Assembly: GCA_030265395.1 (NCBI GenBank)
Contig: JARFYF010000062.1
Coordinates: 959,135-1,023,134 of the forward strand
Length of the DNA stretch: 64,000 nucleotides
DNA from: Rhina ancylostomus
Taxonomy: Eukaryota
Reading direction: 5' to 3'
Below are positions 1 through 12,179 of the stretch, piece by piece. Made by a program: the position numbers and the translations under genes. How positions within the stretch are numbered: the first letter of the stretch is position 1; each line of letters begins with the position of its first letter. The notes beneath the pieces are model-generated. The model was not told where the DNA came from. It was given only the letters and a program-made list of their open reading frames with translations, and ran no database searches.

Positions 1-139
1 CTCCACCCCCAGCCCCAGTGCTGTACTGTTCTACTGAGGATTCTTAGAGGTATTGACAGGATTGGATTTGAAGGAATTTTCCCGAGAATGGTAACATACG
101 GGTTAAAATACTGCATTTGCATCCAATGGTATGAAGTTT

Positions 140-295
140 TGATCCTGAGACACAAGTTCAAATCCCACCAGAGTAGCTGAAGAATTTAAATGCAAATAAT
201 AAAATGAAAACCTGGAATTAAAAACAATTTAGTATCAGCAGTGAAGGCCATTTCTTATCATAAAAGCCCATCATTACTCTCCTTCAAGAGGGGAA
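140..295 (+). mobile_element. Degenerate tRNA-derived SINE fragment
   Basis: Box-B-like GTTCAAATCCC followed by an AT-rich body (cctggaattaaaa...); a related copy lies near 45420-45600. Confidence 0.45.
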
Positions 296-477
296 CATAA
301 TAAATGAAATAGAAGTGGAATTGGCCATTCAGTGAAGTCCTGACTGAGCTTTTACATCAGTGCCACCTGCTTCTGTACCCCGTGATTCTTAGTCTTTGTT
401 CTGAACATGCTCTGCGACTGTGCTTCCTATCCTGATGACTGTTATTTGATTCCAACAATGAGTCTGACTATTAACAA

Positions 478-1222
478 AATGAGCTGCCAGAGGAAGTGGT
501 TGAGGCAGGTACAATAGTGCCATTTAAGAATATAGAACATAGAACAGTACAGCACAGGAACAGGCCCTTCAGCCCACAATGTTGTGCAGAACCAACTGCA
601 TTAGTAATAAAATGCCCAGCTAAACTAATCCCTTCTGCCTGCACAATGTCCACATCCTACCATTTCCCTCATATCCATGTGCCTGAATGCCCCTGTCATA
701 TCTGCCTCCGCCACCAGCCCAGGCAGTGCAGTCCAGGCACCCACCACTCTGTGTGAAAATCTTGCCTTGCACTTGGATAAGTACATGGAGGGGAGGGGCC
801 TGGAGGGATTTAGGCCAAATGTAGGAAAGGCAGGCACGGTAGTGCAGCGGTTAGCATAACGCTATTACAGCGCCAGCGACCCAGGTTCAATTCCAGCCAC
901 TGTCTGTAAGGAGTAAGTACGTTTTCCTCATGTGTCTGCGTGGGTTTCCTCCGGGTGCTCCAGTTTCCTCCCACATTCCAAAGACGTAGGGGTTAAGAAG
1001 TTGTGGGCGTGCTATGTTGGCGCCGGAAGCGTGGCGACACTTGTGGGCTGTCACCAGAACACTCTACACAAAAGATGCATTTCACTGTGTATTTCAATGT
1101 AATGTGACTACTAAAGATATCTTATCTTATCTTAAATTGGGACTAGCTGGATGGGCACTGTGGTCAGCATGGTCTGGTTGGGCTGAAGGGCCTGAATCTG
1201 TGCTGTATTGCTCCATAACTCT
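478..1222 (+). mobile_element. CR1-type LINE 3' end, interrupted by an inverted CR1 tail (~530-765) and a V-SINE
   Basis: gagctgccagaggaagtggttgaggcaggtacaat (the WNxLP-end region), resuming at gcacttggataagtac and again at gggactagc...gggctgaagggcctg...tgtgctgta. Confidence 0.75.
833..1135 (+). mobile_element. tRNA-derived V-SINE, near full length
   Basis: Box A TAGTGCAGCGG, box B GGTTCAATTCC, V-domain tgggtttcctccgggtgctccagtttcctcccaca, and a (cttat)n tail. Confidence 0.85.
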
Positions 1223-2944
1223 GTGAAATGTGCTGGCAAACTCGAGGATAGTTAGGGATTGACAATAAATGCTGACATTCCCAGCGATATTATCAGATGA
1301 ACAAACCATGTGAATATTTTAAAAAGAATAGGTTTGAGGAATTTTGGGAACCGGCAGGCGAATGGAGAAGGTAGGTCAAGATCATCTTGAATAACGGAGC
1401 AGGCTTGAAGGTCCGAATGTCCCACTCTTGTTGCTATTTCCAGCAATCTTACAATGCAATTCAGGCCAAAGCTTGAGATTGATAGGGATTTAACATCTTT
1501 TGATAAGATTCAAAGCCTCCAAGGAATCAGGGTGGTTGATAATGTCTATTTAAACTGTAATCCATAGAATTAGAGGGGTTAATCTAACTAAAGAATTGGC
1601 CGATCAATAGTACTGACAGCAATTGACTCTACAGTGCATTGAATGCATAGCAATTAGCAGAGCCCAATAACAAATTCTAACAATTATCTGCTAAGTGCCA
1701 AGTAAGATTATGACCAAGAATTCCCTCCGAGCTAGTCCCATTGCACTACCGTGTTTTTGTTGGAAGTGTATCTATATTCCACTTCCAGTAGTCCAGGAAA
1801 GCTGCACTCACGGACCAGGATGGGATTGGGAGAAATTTCCAGGCTACATTAGAGTATCAAAGGGACAATCCTGCAGACAATGTGTCCTCCGTAAAAGCTG
1901 CAGTGGAGGCCTTGCTGACGGAGCCTAAAAGATTTAATTTAATCAGGTGAATAGTGGTCTGATGTACAAGTGCTGGAGGTAAATATCAGACATTTACTGG
2001 GAAAATAGATGCTGCAAAATAGGGAGCACCTGTCACAGCACCAGTAAAGAGTGAAGACAGGTTAATATATCATGTAGTATATTTGTTGTGAGTACATGGA
2101 TAGATACTGGCCAGGTGGTGTAGCCTGTTTCTGAGTTGTAATCCACAATTAATCTTTTACCCATGAATCCTTATCCCACAGCAGCAAAGATTATGCTCAT
2201 GTTCCAATGCACGAACATTCTAAAGGCACAAGTCTCACAGCACAACCCTTAAATCATACAGCTCTGCTTTTGCTCAGCTCTGGACTCACCCCAGCACTTC
2301 AGATCCCTGTCCATATGAAGATGGTCTCTCAGGCCATTAGTGATATTAACGAAACTTTATGTCTTCTGTGAACAATCAGTGGCGAGAGAACTCCCTGCTC
2401 TCACTCTGGTTACCATCACATTGAGGATTGAGCTATAATTTCAACATATGTTTTAATGTGAAGTTGGATGCCTCAGCTTCAGTCATGGCTGCTTCTCTTC
2501 ACTGACTTTAACTCAATAAATCAATTTACTTTCGGGGCCGAAGGAAGCCACTTAGCCCAATGAAGCTGCAATTCTGACAGCTTTCCTGCCGGAGAGATCA
2601 GGGATGTGGGGACAGAAGGAACCCAGTGAGCTCTACCCCCACCTTAACACCGTCCTTATCTTTACCCCCATCACCCTTAGTTCCTTTCGTTAATATAAAT
2701 CTGTCAATCTCAAGTTTTAAATGAATAACTGACCTGACTGCTCGAAACATCTATTACCCTTTGTGTAGAAGTTTCCAAGCTTCATTCCTCATTTTTTTAA
2801 TTTTCAAACTCTAACTCCAACCCTAGACTCGCCAACCAGCATAACTGTTTACCCCTCCCTACCCCATCTATTCCTCTTAAAATATTGAATATTTGGTCAA
2901 ATAAACATCCCAAATTTCAGGGAGTACAATCCTAGTTTCTGTAA

Positions 2945-3605
2945 TGTTGGTGTTGGTATTGGTTTATTATTGTCACTTGTACCGAGGTCCAGTGAAAAAC
3001 TTGTCTTGCGTACCGATCATACAGGTCAATTCATTCCACAGTGCATTGAGGTAGTACAGGGTAAAAGCAATAACAGAATACAGAGTAAAGTGTCACAGCT
3101 ACAGGGAAGTGCAGTNNNNNNNNNNNNNNNNNNNNNNNNNNNNNNNNNNNNNNNNNNNNNNNNNNNNNNNNNNNNNNNNNNNNNNNNNNAGTCTTATCAC
3201 CGTTGGATAGAAGCGGTCCTTGAGCCTGGTGGGATGTGCCCTCAGGCTCCTGTAGCTTCTGCCTGATGGGAGAGGGGAGAAGAGAGAATGACCTTGTTGG
3301 GTCTTTGACTATGCTGTTTGCTTCACCAAGGCAGCGAGAGGTAAAGACAGAGCCCACAGAGGGGAGGCTGGTTTCCGTGACACGCTGGGCTGTGTCTACA
3401 ATTCTGTGCAGTTTCTTGTGGTCCTGGGCAGAGCAGTTGCCGTACCAAGCTGGGATGCATCCATATAGGATGCTTTCTACAGTGCCTTGATACAAGTTGG
3501 TGAGTGTCCAAGAGGACATGCCAAATTTCTTTAGCCTCCTGAGGAAGTAAAGGTGCTTGTGAGTTTTCTTGGCTGTGGTGTCTACATGGTTGGGTTACCA
3601 TGTCT
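2945..3605 (-). mobile_element. Rex1/Babar-type LINE 3' fragment
   Basis: ORF LYQGTVESILYGCIPAWYGNCSAQDHKKLHRIVDTAQRVTETSLPS matches the Rex1 ORF C-terminal motif (FYRxTIESILTxCIxxWYG), followed by a 3' UTR with AATAAA and a short repeat tail. Confidence 0.85.
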
Positions 3606-4214
3606 ACGTGGTAATATCTACTTTAATCCTATTATTTCTTCCTTTCCCATAACATTAAAGTGGGTAGAGTTTGGGTTGTGAACCTTGGTGTATGTTGGGA
3701 CTTCAAGCAAGACATCGGAAAGCCAAACTGGCCACAGAGCTCCCAGCCACATTCCCAACCAGAATGGGTGTCAGGAAGCATTGNNNNNNNNNNNNNNNNN
3801 NNNNNNNNNNNNNNNNNNNNNNNNNNNNNNNNNNNNNNNNNNNNNNNNNNNNNNNNNNNNNNNNNNNNNNNNNNNNNNNNNNNNNNNNNNNNNNNNNNNN
3901 NNNNNNNNNNNNNNNNNNNNNNNNNNNNNNNNNNNNNNNNNNNNNNNNNNNNNNNNNNNNNNNNNNNNNNNNNNNNNNNNNNNNNNNNNNNNNNNNNNNN
4001 NNNNNNNNNNNNNNNNNNNNNNNNNNNNNNNNNNNNNNNNNNNNNNNNNNNNNNNNNNNNNNNNNNNNNNNNNNNNNNNNNNNNNNNNNNNNNNNNNNNN
4101 NNNNNNNNNNNNNNNNNNNNNNNNNNNNNNNNNNNNNNNNNNNNNNNNNNNNNNNNNNNNNNNNNNNNNNNNNNNNNNNNNNNNNNNNNNNNNNNNNNNN
4201 NNNNNNNNNNNNNN

Positions 4215-4442
4215 CACCTCGACCTCGCCCTCCTTCACCTCGACCTCGCCCTCCTTCACCTCGACCTCGCCCTCCTTCAACTAACCTCACTCCTTCACCT
4301 CGCTCCACCCTCCTTCACCTCACCTCTCCCTCCTTCACCTCGACCTCGCCCTCCTTCACCTCACCTCTCCCTCCTTCACCTCGACCTCGCCCTCCTTCAA
4401 CTAACCTCACTCCTTCACCTCGCTCCACCCTGCTTCACCTTG
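4215..4442. repeat. 21-bp pyrimidine-rich minisatellite
   Basis: (cacctcgacctcgccctcctt)n with variants, next to a gap. Confidence 0.9.
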
Positions 4443-5309
4443 CCCCATCAACACTTGGCTCAGTGCTACCATGACAAACCCACTTGAGCCCCCAAAACTG
4501 GAGTCAGGAATCTGACCCTGGGATGTTGCTTTTACAGGCTGCACAGGGTCAACTCCAGCTAGATCCAAGGTGATAACGTAACCCACTGCCCTGTGTATGA
4601 CGGCAAGAAACTCCACATGGCGCTGATATCGTGCTGCTATATACATCAGTGGTGTCACTACATTAACTATGCCTCATTGACATAAAATGCACTAATGCAC
4701 CACACTTGGCCCATGTTTCAAATACAATTAAATAAGTTTTGTTTTCTAAATCTCTCACCAATGGCAAAATTGCTTTTAAAAGCCAGATTAGTGGGACTAG
4801 CTCAGTTAGGTCTGTTGGTAGACATGCACAACAACATGTTTCCGTGCTGTACACCTGAAAGGAGGGAGTGCAGGACTGTGGGGGAAGAGCTGGGTCATGG
4901 GACTGACTGGATTGTTGCTGGAGCTAGCAGGAGTTTGATGGGTCACATGGCCTCCATCCATGCTACAATGATTCTATGATTCAGTAGAGAGTATCTCTCC
5001 ACAGCTGCACAATGCTTGTGCACATTGACCTCAGTCTTAGAAATTGAATATAGAAACATAAAACACGTTACTCTTCACTTGTAAATGGCAGGTGAACCCG
5101 AGGATTGAGAGCACAGAGAATCCTACAAACGTACAGCATAGAAGTTGTCCCTTATGGCCCACTTCAGCCAGGTGGTCAACAACAGTGTCCACCTCCTTCC
5201 TTATTTCCCATTTGGAAATATAATTAGTCATCTCTAGACCCTGTGGTCAGTGGATAATGGACTGAACAACACTGTTTCATAACATGGCGCTGTTTGTGTA
5301 TGCACCAGT

Positions 5310-5649
5310 TGTCATGGTTCTGAGTTCTGGCCCTCAATTTGGCTTCATTAATGCCTTGTTGTCCAGCATATGGATTCCATGCTGGACTGATTAGATAACA
5401 ATACACACCTGAGCCCCATCAGNNNNNNNNNNNNNNNNNNNNNNNNNNNNNNNNNNNNNNNNNNNNNNNNNNNNNNNNNNNNNNNNNNNNNNNNNNNNNN
5501 NNNNNNNNNNNNNNNNNNNNNNTCTCCAAGGCAAGATTCCTTCCAGTTACTGCCTGTGTTTGTCCTGAGGAAGTACCCTGACTCCAGTCTTGTATCAGTC
5601 TACTGAATTTGGGTTCTCTGTGAGTTTGCTCCGGATCAACATTGTGACA
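5310..5649 (+). mobile_element. Solo LTR (Gypsy-like, inferred) with a 5-bp target-site duplication
   Basis: Starts TGTCA at 5310 and ends TGACA at 5649; flanked by CCAGT at 5305-5309 and 5650-5654; contains a gap; a second copy lies at 12624-13159. Confidence 0.8.
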
Positions 5650-6004
5650 CCAGTATGTTATTAGTTGGGACTTAATTTACACTGATGAACACAGTGAAGT
5701 TCAATTTCATTATATTGTTTTCTGAGATGTTTATTGGTGTTTTGGGACCATTTTGCTTGGATGTCTACTTTTCTGTGGAACATCTGATCAATAGATTCTT
5801 ATTGTTATTTCTGGGTGTATTCACCAATCACTGCCCTGCTTAATTTGCACAGCACGAGAGTATGTTTTGGGCTGGAGGGAAATCTGTGAACTTGAGCAGA
5901 GCTTGGGAACTCAGACTTTGCCAGCACAAGGCAAGGGAATGTTGTGGTTCTTACAGCAAACCTGGGAGATCAGTCTCCATGTTGACCAAACACTTCATTC
6001 ATTA

Positions 6005-6490
6005 CTTGGGATGTGGATGTTTCTGGTGACCACTCCTAATTAACCATGTTGGTGAGCTGCTGCACTCCTGCTGAAGGTATTCCCTCAGTGCTGTAGGGTG
6101 GGTTGTTCCAGGATTTTGACCCAGCACTGATGCAGGATGGTGTCCAACTTGCAGGAGAAGCTGCAGCTGATAATGACCCCATGCATCTGCTATTTCTTCT
6201 CGGTGGTGGAACCTGTGGGTGGCAGAGCATGAGGAGGTGTTGTCAGAGTAGTTCTGCTGAATTTTACTGATGGTACACGCTGCAGACAGGGTACTGGTGG
6301 TGGAGGACATGAATGTATAAGGTGGTAGGTGGGATGCCAGTCCAGCAGGGATCTTTGTCCTGAATTGTACTGATCCTCTTGTGTTTTTGGAGCTGGCCTC
6401 ATTCAGGCAAGTAGAGACTATCCATCCTACTCTTAACTCATTCCCTATCGATAGTAGAAAGGTTTGGTGTATCTGGGTCACTTGCTGCAT
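6005..6490 (-). mobile_element. CR1/L2-group LINE 3' fragment
   Basis: The minus strand reads SKSWNNPP (WNxLP-like end) followed by a tail; same family as 23600-24340 (+) and 26420-26515 (-). Confidence 0.6.
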
Positions 6491-8477
6491 GATTATGAAG
6501 AGTGGAAGGAGTGAAAAGTGTGGGATTTGACTGGCTGGGATTTGAAAGGGATTAGACCAGGTGTATTAAAGGAAATAGAAGGGGTAGTAATGGGGAATAT
6601 ACTGGAGCAGTGGGTAAGGAACATGTTGAGCTCTACAAGACATCATGTCAACACCTTTCTGGTCTCACAGCAGAAGGTGCACTGTTCTGGCAGATCCTGT
6701 TACTGTTGTTTCTCAAGCCTGAGCTCTTGCAGGTCCACAGTATGGACGTCCAGAGGCTTCAATCTGTGCCCAGCTCCCATGCTATAACAGTATAAAAGGA
6801 AGGTTTGAAAGCAGTACTTACAAGCAGTCGTGACAAGCAGATTTCTCTTTGAAATCTTTGTAGAGGGAGTTATTGTGGTAATTGATGACTGCAGTAATCA
6901 TTGGTGTGAAGACCAAATTGGGACTTGGATGGATACAGGTTATTTGAGGATGGAGAATGTGAGATGTTAGATGTGAGTAGTGGTGTTGGAGAGCAGGAGC
7001 TGAAGAGCTGGGCTTGCAGATTATTGTGGGAGCTGTTTTACATCCTTCACTGCATCCTCCTTCTACATCACCCTGTTCTGAAGCTCCTTGTGTAGGAATG
7101 GGTCCCTGTTGTCTCATGAGCTGTCAACTCATGGGCTGCTGGTAGGCTGTACTGGAGGAAGCCAGCTGACCCTCCACCCTCCAGGATCCAGGAGGCAGAA
7201 CTGATGTCTGAGGTTTCCAGTGATCTGTTTGACAAGGTCTCCAGTCAACCCATATAACTTGTGGTCCAGAGAGGAGGCTGAAATGTCAGGTGGGGCACAC
7301 TCATTTGTTCTGTATGGGTGCACTGAGAGCACAGTGAAAGCCCATACACTTCATAAAGATCATGGAGTCATTTCAGGAGTTTACAGGGAGATGTGAGTTA
7401 AGTAATGAGGTAAACACCAACCTGTACCTCACTACGATGTGTAACAAATCTGTGTATTTTACTTGGGCAGTGAATGAATTGGCTTCCAGAAATGATGTGC
7501 CAATAAGCGACAGGGTGTGGTGAGACCTGTGTTGTGGCATCCACAGATGTACGAGGTCCACAGGTAGGGTAGAATACTTGGCTGCAGCAGAATGACTAGT
7601 GTCAGCCCAGAACTAATGGGCTGACTAGCTTCCTTATGCTGCTATAAAAGGCTAATAACTGAGCCAGGTGTAGTGGCAGCCAGCAGGAGAGTTCAACACC
7701 TGTAGTCTCCAAGCTCCAGTGAACTGCAAATTCCAGATTCAGGTAGAGAGCCTTGCAATGGCTGGTTCTTCCCAGGCTTCAGGAATTGACCCACAACTGT
7801 GCCCACACCTTTACTGCAGATGTATAAATCTGAATTATCACAGCAGTCTCAATGAGCTACTCAACACAACCACTGAATAATGTGACGAAAGGTCAGTGCA
7901 CTTGTAAACAGACCAGTGGGGCAGTGTGGACAGAGGGTCCATTGGCAGTGAGGCACTGAATGCACTGTTAGCAGTACCAGTGCTGGATGAACCCTAAACC
8001 AAGATCTATAATACCACTAGGGGGAGATGGAGGGAAGAAAATTTAAAGGANNNNNNNNNNNNNNNNNNNNNNNNNNNNNNNNNNNNNNNNNNNNNNNNNN
8101 NNNNNNNNNNNNNNNNNNNNNNNNNNNNNNNNNNNNNNNNNNNNNNNNNNNNNNNNNNNNNNNNNNNNNNNNNNNNNNNNNNNNNNNNNNNNNNNNNNNN
8201 NNNNNNNNNNNNNNNNNNNNNNNNNNNNNNNNNNNNNNNNNNNNNNNNNNNNNNNNNNNNNNNNNNNNNNNNNNNNNNNNNNNNNNNNNNNNNNNNNNNN
8301 NNNNNNNNNNNNNNNNNNNNNNNNNNNNNNNNNNNNNNNNNNNNNNNNNNNNNNNNNNNNNNNNNNNNNNNNNNNNNNNNNNNNNNNNNNNNNNNNNNNN
8401 NNNNNNNNNNNNNNNNNNNNNNNNNNNNNNNNNNNNNNNNNNNNNNNNNNNNNNNNNNNNNNNNNNNNNNNNNNNNN

Positions 8478-8795
8478 GCAGTATCAGTGGAGGGGCCAGT
8501 ACTGAGGGAGGGCTGCAGTATCAGTGGAGGGGCCAGTACTGAGGGAGGGCTGCACTGTTGAGACAAAGGTCTGGTATCCTGGTTGTTTTCTCTGATTGGT
8601 GTAAAAGAGGCTGCATACTACTTTGAAGAAATATCAGTGGGTTTAAGTGTCCTCGCTAATTTGTATCCTTAGCCTGGAACCTAGAACAGAGGATCTAGAT
8701 TTGTACCAGCACTATTAGTTCAGTACTTCATTGGGTAGGTCATGCTCTCTAGGGCCTTGTGAAAGCTGCTATATCCTTGCAAGTCTTTCTTTTCC
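8478..8795 (+). mobile_element. Deu-domain SINE with a 37-bp tandem expansion of its core
   Basis: cagtactgagggag...ctgcactgt core repeated with period 37, then gtaaaag...ttgaagaa...gtcct...aat...tatcc and the tail tacttcattgg...tgaaa..gctatat..gcaagtcttt. Confidence 0.65.
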
Positions 8796-9239
8796 TACCA
8801 TGGTGATCTTTGTAAGTGAGCACAATTCCAGGGAGGAGGGTTAATGTTGACAGTTGTTCAGCTGGTTACAGCACCTACTCTTTGCCCTATGTTGCTGTAA
8901 CCTGCTTTTTTTAAGATAATTACAGTTAAACATTCTGCATGGACCATAGTAAGGGTGAGTGTTCAAGCTGCTGTGTTATATTAATGTGGATCAATGTCTG
9001 TTCTTTGTCAACACCTTTTAACTTGCATGCAGTCTGAATGGTGATTGAGAGCTCTGCTTCTTCCTCCTTGGATAAGAATGCAAGTAATCTGTCCTTTCAC
9101 CTGGGTGAAAGCAAGGTTTGCATGGTAACCCTCCCAGACCCATGTACAAACCAGTTGCTATGTCATCAGAGGCAACAGCATTTCCCCATGGGTCCCTTAC
9201 ACAGTAATGAAACAAATGATCAACTGTTCAGTGAGAACT

Positions 9240-9277
9240 GGTTCTGATGAAAGGGCTCTGACCCGAAACAGTAACTC
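9240..9277 (+). ncRNA. Hammerhead-like motif, second subfamily
   Basis: GGTT-CTGATGA-AAGGGCTCTGACCC-GAAA-CAGT-AACT; core boxes are intact, cleavage triplet is altered. Confidence 0.5.
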
Positions 9278-10735
9278 TGTTTCTGTTCCCACACTTGCAA
9301 CTGGTTTTGCTTTAGTTTAGTTGTTCAGCTTTCCAAATTAAGGGAGAATTCGGCAAAATGGCCAGAGTGCCATTGTTTAGTCGTTATTCATCTGTGCACA
9401 GCAAATCCCCCACCCTTCCCAAACCTGCATCCCTACATCACCACTCACCAGAGGCAGGGCCAGGGGAATGAGAGAGAGTGGATAACTGTGGCTGGAGTGT
9501 GACAAATGAATCAGAGCCTAGTTATCATTCCCCTGAGATTTAGAATGTAAAAGCTCTTGTAGGAACATGCTCAAAGTCACTTCCACTCTGTTCACTGTGC
9601 CTCTGTACTGTGTTCACTGTCACATTGTGTAAATGTGTTTGCTTTTGCACTTGTTTACTGTCAGTGTAAATGTGCTTAGTGTCACATGTAAACATTCACC
9701 ATCACACTCTGTGTAAACATGTTCATCTAAACATGCTCACCATTACACAATAAACCAAAATAATTTTAAAAACTGACTACACAGGTTTGGGGTTGGGGTA
9801 GAAGGTTTTTAGGAGATAGAAGAATTATTTCCTCCCAGAGACTGGGTGGAATTGGGATGGCTGCCTCAGGGCATGGTGAAAGCAGGGGTTCTCCCATGCT
9901 TGAGTTGCCCTTGAATTGCCAGTGCACAGGAGGCTTTGGACTACGTGCCGTTAGTTGGATAAGTGTCGATGGGTAATTGATGATTCGGGTGGGCTGAGGG
10001 GCCTGCTGCTGTGCTCTATGTAAACATGTTCACTGTTGTGCTGTTTGGACTCACTCACTGTCATGCTATCAGTTATAAGGCAGGTTCTGCTATGGAATGG
10101 TTAGTTGTGCAACTGTCCATATTAAGTGCTGTGAGGGACTTGATGTTCATGCTGCAATATGCAGAGTTCATGGTTCCTGTAAGGTTTTATTATAAGGAGC
10201 ATGCAGTCCACAGGTAATAAATGACTTGGTCACACTAAAGAAAATGATCTTGTAATATTCAACTCCCTGATATGTGATTGCTTGTAGACTGTGATTTACA
10301 TGTCAAGCCATTGCTGGCAGATGCACATTTTTACGAATTACAATGATGGATGCCTTGCACATAATGTCAAATAACAGATAACAATGAGAGAGTTAGATCA
10401 ATGTTTGACTTCACATCATGTTTGTAAATCATTACCAATAATTGTTTACATGATTTATATTATCCAGACTACAAATACCATGGCATCCACAGCAAGTACC
10501 TGGTGGAGATCTTCAGAATTATGAAGGGGTTTGATCAGCTAAATGTAGAAGTGTTTCACTTATAAGGAGCCCAAAGCTAGGAGCCAACAAAATAAGACAG
10601 CCACTATAATAGGAAATTGCTGAATTACCCTGAGACTGGGTAGGGTTAGAGCTGAATAGCAGAGGTTTAAGGGAACAAAAAACAAGCTGCTGGAGGAACT
10701 CAGTGGGTCAGGCAGCATCTGTAGAGGGAGATGGA

Positions 10736-10773
10736 CAGTCGACGTTTCAGGTCAAAACCATTCACCTGGACTG
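10736..10773 (-). ncRNA. Degenerate minimal type-I hammerhead ribozyme motif
   Basis: Minus strand CAGTC-CAGGTGA-ATGGTTTTGACCT-GAAA-CGTC-GACTG; GAAACGUC and stem I are intact. Confidence 0.6.
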
Positions 10774-11186
10774 AAAGAGTAGGCAGTACAAAGAGGCGAG
10801 GAGGGGTTGGAACAAGCGATAGATGATCTGGGTGAGGAGGGTTGATCTGCCCATCTCACCTCCCTTATCTGGTTCCTCTTCACCTTCCTTTCCCATCAGA
10901 TTCCATGATCTGCAGCCTTTGTTGCCTCCACCTACACTTCCAGGCCTCTGTCACTGTCTTCACCCCTCCTTCCCCCACCTGATTCCATNNNNNNNNNNNN
11001 NNNNNNNNNNNNNNNNNNNNNNNNNNNNNNNNNNNNNNNNNNNNNNNNNNNNNNNNNNNNNNNNNNNNNNNNNNNNNNNNNNNNNNNNTCTGCCAATCAA
11101 CCCCTCCTTACTGGGATCCAACTATCAGCTGCCAGCCCTTGCCCCACCCCCTCCCTCAACACCACACGCTATCTCCTCTTTACTCT

Positions 11187-11224
11187 CAGTCCCGATGAAA
11201 GGTCTTGACCCAAAACATCGACTG
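11187..11224 (+). ncRNA. Degenerate minimal type-I hammerhead ribozyme motif
   Basis: CAGTC-CCGATGA-A-AGGTC-TT-GACCC-AAAA-CATC-GACTG: stem I CAGTC/GACTG, stem II GGTC/GACC, core diverged from CUGAUGA..GAAA..GUC. Confidence 0.6.
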
Positions 11225-12179
11225 TCCCTTTCACTCCACAGATGCTGCCTGACCTGTTGAGTTCTTTCAGCAGCTCTTGCTTTGATCCAATCCCAGCATC
11301 TGCAGTCTCTTGTGGCATCATAGATTTAATGAAAACTGAATACACACAGGATGTGGGGAGAGATTGGGAGAAAGGGAGAAGGTGCAGAGGAGTGTGAACA
11401 GGGTCATATGGAGTGAAAATAAGGCACCAGTTAACACAGATTTCATGGTCAGGCCATTAGCCATAGAGAAAGCTTATTGGTATTCTGTTGGAAACAAAAC
11501 TGAATTAATATGGTCAAAGAAAGCCAGAATGCATTTTGTTACCTTTATTCATGCAATTCCCAGAAGCAGCACAAAGGTGATTTAGTCCTGACCACACACA
11601 ATTAGAATTCACGGACCTATTCCTCCTGACTAATTTATCTCCAACCCCTAGGGAGAAGCAAACACTTTTTTCACTAACTACTCAACCTTCTACATAAGTT
11701 GAAAACAATTTCAGATGGATATTTCTTAATGTCACCTCTTTGGGTGGGGGGGTGCTGTGGGTAAAATTTGCAAGATGTTTCCCTGTGAAAGATGGATGTA
11801 CAGATGTTATGAAGCAGTGGTTACAGCTTTGGCAGCATAACCAGAAGGCTGAGAAGTCAAACTTTCCCTTGCAGGCAAAGAAAATTAATTTGGTAAATTC
11901 TGAACATTTGAAGACTCCTTGATTCATGTTGAATTCCAAGTGGGTGACTGAATGTGTTCCAGGGAAGAGCTTCTTCCAACCATTATGTGCATTGGCTTTA
12001 ATGAAGTAAGTTGTTACTGGGCCAGTTAGGGTAATAAACAAGACCCTTTAGCTCCAATGTCTTCTAGGAACATATGGTTAAATCAAGAATTGTTGACATA
12101 ATGTGACCTGCATCCCCATATCACTCACTCCACATGAGAAAGAAAGGCTGTGAGCACTGGTACAGCACAGGTAGACACC

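Larger units (their letters stand above)
10670..11315. mobile_element. Penelope-like palindromic element with inverted arms carrying hammerhead-like motifs
   Basis: Left arm gctggaggaactcagtgggtcaggcagcatctgt...cagtcgacgtttcaggtc is the inverse of the right arm gacccaaaacatcgactg...acagatgctgcctgacctgttgagttc. Confidence 0.75.

Noticed and set aside
833-905. tRNA-like sequence with A and B boxes
   Set aside because: It is the head of a V-SINE, with no complete cloverleaf.
3660-4487. Long ORFs, including an LHLDLAL leucine-zipper-like repeat
   Set aside because: Products of N-runs and a 21-bp minisatellite.
4759-4854. Apparent minus-strand exon (ttcag|GTG...TTG|gtgag) encoding VYSTETCCCACLP...
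   Set aside because: No resemblance to the expected next GFRA exon (SRLADF...), the phase does not fit, and the acceptor lies in a degenerate CR1 tail.
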